Assembly (NCBI GenBank): GCA_964487045.1
Contig: CAZAOT010000003.1
Span: forward strand, 3,730 to 67,729
DNA: 64,000 bases
DNA from: an uncultured Candidatus Saccharibacteria bacterium
GTDB lineage: Bacteria; Patescibacteriota; UBA1384; DTJR01
Direction: 5' to 3'
Position 1 is the first letter of the stretch. Every line of letters begins with the position of its first letter. Of this stretch, positions 61,348 through 64,000 are shown in pieces. Both the position numbers and the translations under genes were made by a program. The notes under the pieces are model-generated. The model was not told the DNA's origin, did not search any database, and was given only the letters and a program-made list of their open reading frames with translations.

Positions 61348-62772
61348 ATGGCGACGATTTATAGAAAATACAGACCACAGGTTTTTGGTGAGGTGTTTGG
61401 TCAAGAACATATCATCGAAACTTTGAAGAAAGCGCTCGAACAGGATAGGGTAGCGCATGCTTATTTGTTTACTGGAGCTCGTGGTGTCGGGAAAACGACT
61501 GTTGCGAGGTTGCTGGCTAAGGCAGTCAATTGTTTGGATGAGAAAAATCGTCCTTGCGGAAAGTGCGCCAACTGCAAAGCAATTGCTCAAAATCAGTTTA
61601 TCGACCTAATTGAAATAGACGCAGCGAGCAATAGGGGAATTGATGAGATTAGACAGCTTCGAGATAAAATCCAGTTTGCTCCCTCAATTGGAAAAAAACG
61701 AGTTTATATAATCGATGAAGTGCACATGCTTACGCGTGAGGCCTTCAATGCGCTCTTAAAAACCCTGGAGGAACCGCCTGAGCATACTATTTTTATCTTC
61801 GCGACTACTGAAGCGCATAAGGTTCCGGTGACGGTCATGTCCAGGTGCCAGCGGTTTGATTTTAGGTTAGCTGATGAGAAATTGGTGTCTAAAAGTCTCA
61901 AGAAAATTGCTAGCAGTGAGGGCTTAAAGTTAGACGATCAGGTAATCGATCTGATCTCGAGGACAAGCGGAGGATCATTTCGAGATTCGCAGTCTCTTCT
62001 CGATCAGCTTTCTTCTCATGCCGTTGAAAAAGAAGTTGACTTAGCTCAGTCACTTCAGATTTTGAATCTTACGAGTTTGCAAGAAACCCAAGATTTCGTG
62101 GACCTTCTGAATAAGAAAGAAGCAATTAATGCGATCGAATATTTAGATAAGCTTAAGCAAAAGGGCGTTAGCTTTCCCGATTTTCTTAGTATGGTAATTA
62201 TTGAAATTAGAAGAAAATTAATTGAAAAGATAAAACATGGCGAAACTTCTGGCTGGGAAAATAATGCCCTTAAAAAACTTCTCCAGGCTCAATATAATAT
62301 GAAGATATCACCCGTAGAGTCGCTACCGATTGAGCTTGCGGTCTATGAAATCTGTTTGGCCGAAACACAACAAGCTCAGGTAAAAAACGAAAATTCAGAG
62401 TCAAAAGTTGAAAATAGCTCTGCCAAAGAAGGCAAGTCGAAAGCTGAGCAAAAAATCGAAAAACCTAGCGCTAAACCTAAAGCCCCTCTTATGACTAAAG
62501 ACCTTAAAACAGCGATCGTGAGCGAGGTTTCGGCGCGTAAAAAGACTTTAGGGTCATTGCTTTGTGATTGTACGATCGAGCAAAGCCCAGAAGGAATTAT
62601 GATTGTGTCCCAATATCCATTTCATAAAGAAACGATCGTCAAGGAAAACAACCTCTTGCTGATTGAGGAAGTGGTTGGTACTATCTTAGGCCAGAAGGTG
62701 CGAGTAAGTTGCATCGTCAAAAAAGAAGAGGATATTGAGGAAGAAATCGACTCAGTTTTTGGCGGTTTTTGA
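61348..62772 (+). CDS. dnaX: DNA polymerase III gamma/tau subunit
   Basis: YRPQVFGEVFGQEHI...GARGVGKTT Walker A. Zinc motif CGKCANC. ATG at 61348 preferred over the ORF-track start at 61204. Confidence 0.9.
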   Translation: MATIYRKYRPQVFGEVFGQEHIIETLKKALEQDRVAHAYLFTGARGVGKTTVARLLAKAVNCLDEKNRPCGKCANCKAIAQNQFIDLIEIDAASNRGIDEIRQLRDKIQFAPSIGKKRVYIIDEVHMLTREAFNALLKTLEEPPEHTIFIFATTEAHKVPVTVMSRCQRFDFRLADEKLVSKSLKKIASSEGLKLDDQVIDLISRTSGGSFRDSQSLLDQLSSHAVEKEVDLAQSLQILNLTSLQETQDFVDLLNKKEAINAIEYLDKLKQKGVSFPDFLSMVIIEIRRKLIEKIKHGETSGWENNALKKLLQAQYNMKISPVESLPIELAVYEICLAETQQAQVKNENSESKVENSSAKEGKSKAEQKIEKPSAKPKAPLMTKDLKTAIVSEVSARKKTLGSLLCDCTIEQSPEGIMIVSQYPFHKETIVKENNLLLIEEVVGTILGQKVRVSCIVKKEEDIEEEIDSVFGGF

Positions 62773-62802
62773 GTGGAGCAAAAACCTAAATTATAAATTA
62801 TT

Positions 62803-64000
62803 ATGAACAAAGGTCACTTACAAGACACCACCAAGCTTCCCCCGCAGAATATTGATGCTGAGCAATCGGTGCTTGGTGCAATTTTGCTAGATAAGAACTC
62901 GATGTTTAAAATCGCGGAGGTTTTGACAAGTGATGACTTTTATCGCAACGATCATCAGCTTATTTACTCAGCGATGCTTGCTCTTTTTGAAAAGCGCCAA
63001 CCGATCGATCTAATCACTGTTACAGATGAGCTTAAGGGCCAGCACACTCTGGAAAATGCAGGAGGAGCGACCTATATCACTCATTTAGCCAACAGCGTTT
63101 TGAGTTCGGCAAATATAGTAAATCATGCTCAAATTGTAGCTGAGAAGGCGATTTTGCGCCGATTGATTAGGGCGGCGACTCAGATGATCGAGGACAGCTA
63201 TCAGGAGAAAGATGAGATTCCGGCAATTCTCGATAAGTCAGAACAGGTTCTCTTCGCGGTATCGCAGAAATTTGCCCAAGATAAATTTGTCGCGGTCAAA
63301 GATGTACTTAGTGAAACCTTTGAAAGAATTAATGAAATTCATGAAAACAGAGGCCAGCTTAGAGGGGTGCCAACGGGATTCAAAGATCTCGATAATTTGC
63401 TGGCAGGTTTTCAGAAATCAGACTTAGTGATTTTAGCAGCTAGGCCTTCGATGGGTAAGACGGCCTTGGCGCTTAATATTGCCTGCCATGTAGCGGCGCG
63501 CGAGAAGGTGCCAGTTGGGGTCTTTTCGCTTGAAATGAGCCGTGATCAATTGGTTGATCGACTTCTAAGCATGGAAACAGGTATTGATTCTTGGAGGCTT
63601 AGAACCGGCAATCTGCGCGAAGATGATTTTTCAAAATTAAACTATGCGATGGGAACATTATCAGAAGCCCCTTTGTATATTGACGACTCGGCAATGCTTT
63701 CGGTAATGGACGTGAGGGCTAAGGCCAGGAGATTGCAAAGCGAAAAAGGCTTGGGACTTTTGATAATTGACTACTTACAGCTTATGGAAGCAAACCATCG
63801 ATCTGGCGGTGATCAAAATAGAGTCCAAGAAGTTTCGGATATTTCGAGAGGACTAAAAGCCTTAGCAAGAGAGTTAAATATACCCGTAATTGCTCTTTCT
63901 CAGCTTTCAAGAGCTGTTGAGCTTAGAACTCCCAAGATTCCGCAATTGTCCGATCTTAGAGAGTCAGGTTCAATCGAGCAAGATGCGGATGTGGTGGCGT
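62803..64000 (+). CDS. dnaB: Replicative DNA helicase DnaB (partial, runs off the window)
   Basis: Open frame from ATG 62803 to the window end. DnaB N-domain. Walker A ARPSMGKTALALNIA. LLIIDYLQLM and SQLSR motifs. Confidence 0.9.
   Translation, partial: MNKGHLQDTTKLPPQNIDAEQSVLGAILLDKNSMFKIAEVLTSDDFYRNDHQLIYSAMLALFEKRQPIDLITVTDELKGQHTLENAGGATYITHLANSVLSSANIVNHAQIVAEKAILRRLIRAATQMIEDSYQEKDEIPAILDKSEQVLFAVSQKFAQDKFVAVKDVLSETFERINEIHENRGQLRGVPTGFKDLDNLLAGFQKSDLVILAARPSMGKTALALNIACHVAAREKVPVGVFSLEMSRDQLVDRLLSMETGIDSWRLRTGNLREDDFSKLNYAMGTLSEAPLYIDDSAMLSVMDVRAKARRLQSEKGLGLLIIDYLQLMEANHRSGGDQNRVQEVSDISRGLKALARELNIPVIALSQLSRAVELRTPKIPQLSDLRESGSIEQDADVVA

Noticed and set aside
1-64000. CRISPR arrays, IS elements/transposases, integrase or recombinase genes, toxin-antitoxin pairs
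   Set aside because: No direct-repeat/spacer periodicity, no DDE or tyrosine-recombinase-like ORFs, and no recognisable TA families were seen anywhere in the window. The att-like tRNA duplications therefore lack an in-window integrase.

Overview
This window is the origin-proximal 64 kb of a low-GC (about 40% by eye), compact genome. Several traits suggest a Patescibacteria/CPR-like organism, such as a Saccharibacteria-like epibiont, but that is inference: ribosomal proteins with low-complexity tails, a short YidC, a Gram-positive-style type IV secretion locus, a dockerin protein and many orphan genes. The backbone is conventional. On the minus strand lies the cluster galU, hsp20, DUF721/DciA, recF, dnaN and dnaA, with DnaA-box clusters on both sides of dnaA forming a bipartite oriC. 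Downstream come rpmH-rnpA-yidD-yidC, tRNA-Ser, rdgB, a PilB/GspE ATPase and a roughly 20 kb minus-strand T4SS-like locus. That locus holds five paralogous VirB2-like small membrane proteins, an amidase-M23 peptidoglycan hydrolase, a solute-binding lipoprotein, a VirB4 split into two coupled ORFs, a PrgI/VirB3-like protein, a 1459-aa giant membrane protein, an acidic disordered protein and an 816-aa protein. The rest is housekeeping: ydbS-like, mraY/wecA-like, ndk, M16 peptidase, efp, rpsF-ssb-rpsR, ddl, gltX, yraN, rplS, rpmA, dnaE, dnaX, partial dnaB and tRNA-Gln. The main anomaly is about ten short GC-rich islands (about 55-68% GC by eye) in intergenic gaps between these conserved genes. Each is bracketed by a near-consensus sigma70 promoter (TTGACx-N15-18, usually with an extended -10 TGnTATATT/TATAAT) and a GC-rich intrinsic terminator. 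Most encode one or two orphan proteins with no recognisable family. Two appear non-coding: a roughly 360-nt RNA after cassette E and a roughly 1 kb RNA at 58.8-59.8 kb, both with G·U-containing stems and one with a cUUCGg tetraloop. The promoters are mutually similar, which suggests one family of acquired or mobile cassettes, possibly from a high-GC donor such as an actinobacterial host, or engineered. Both tRNAs show a direct duplication of their 3' end about 120 bp downstream, separated by a conserved structured arm, which resembles an integrase att footprint.
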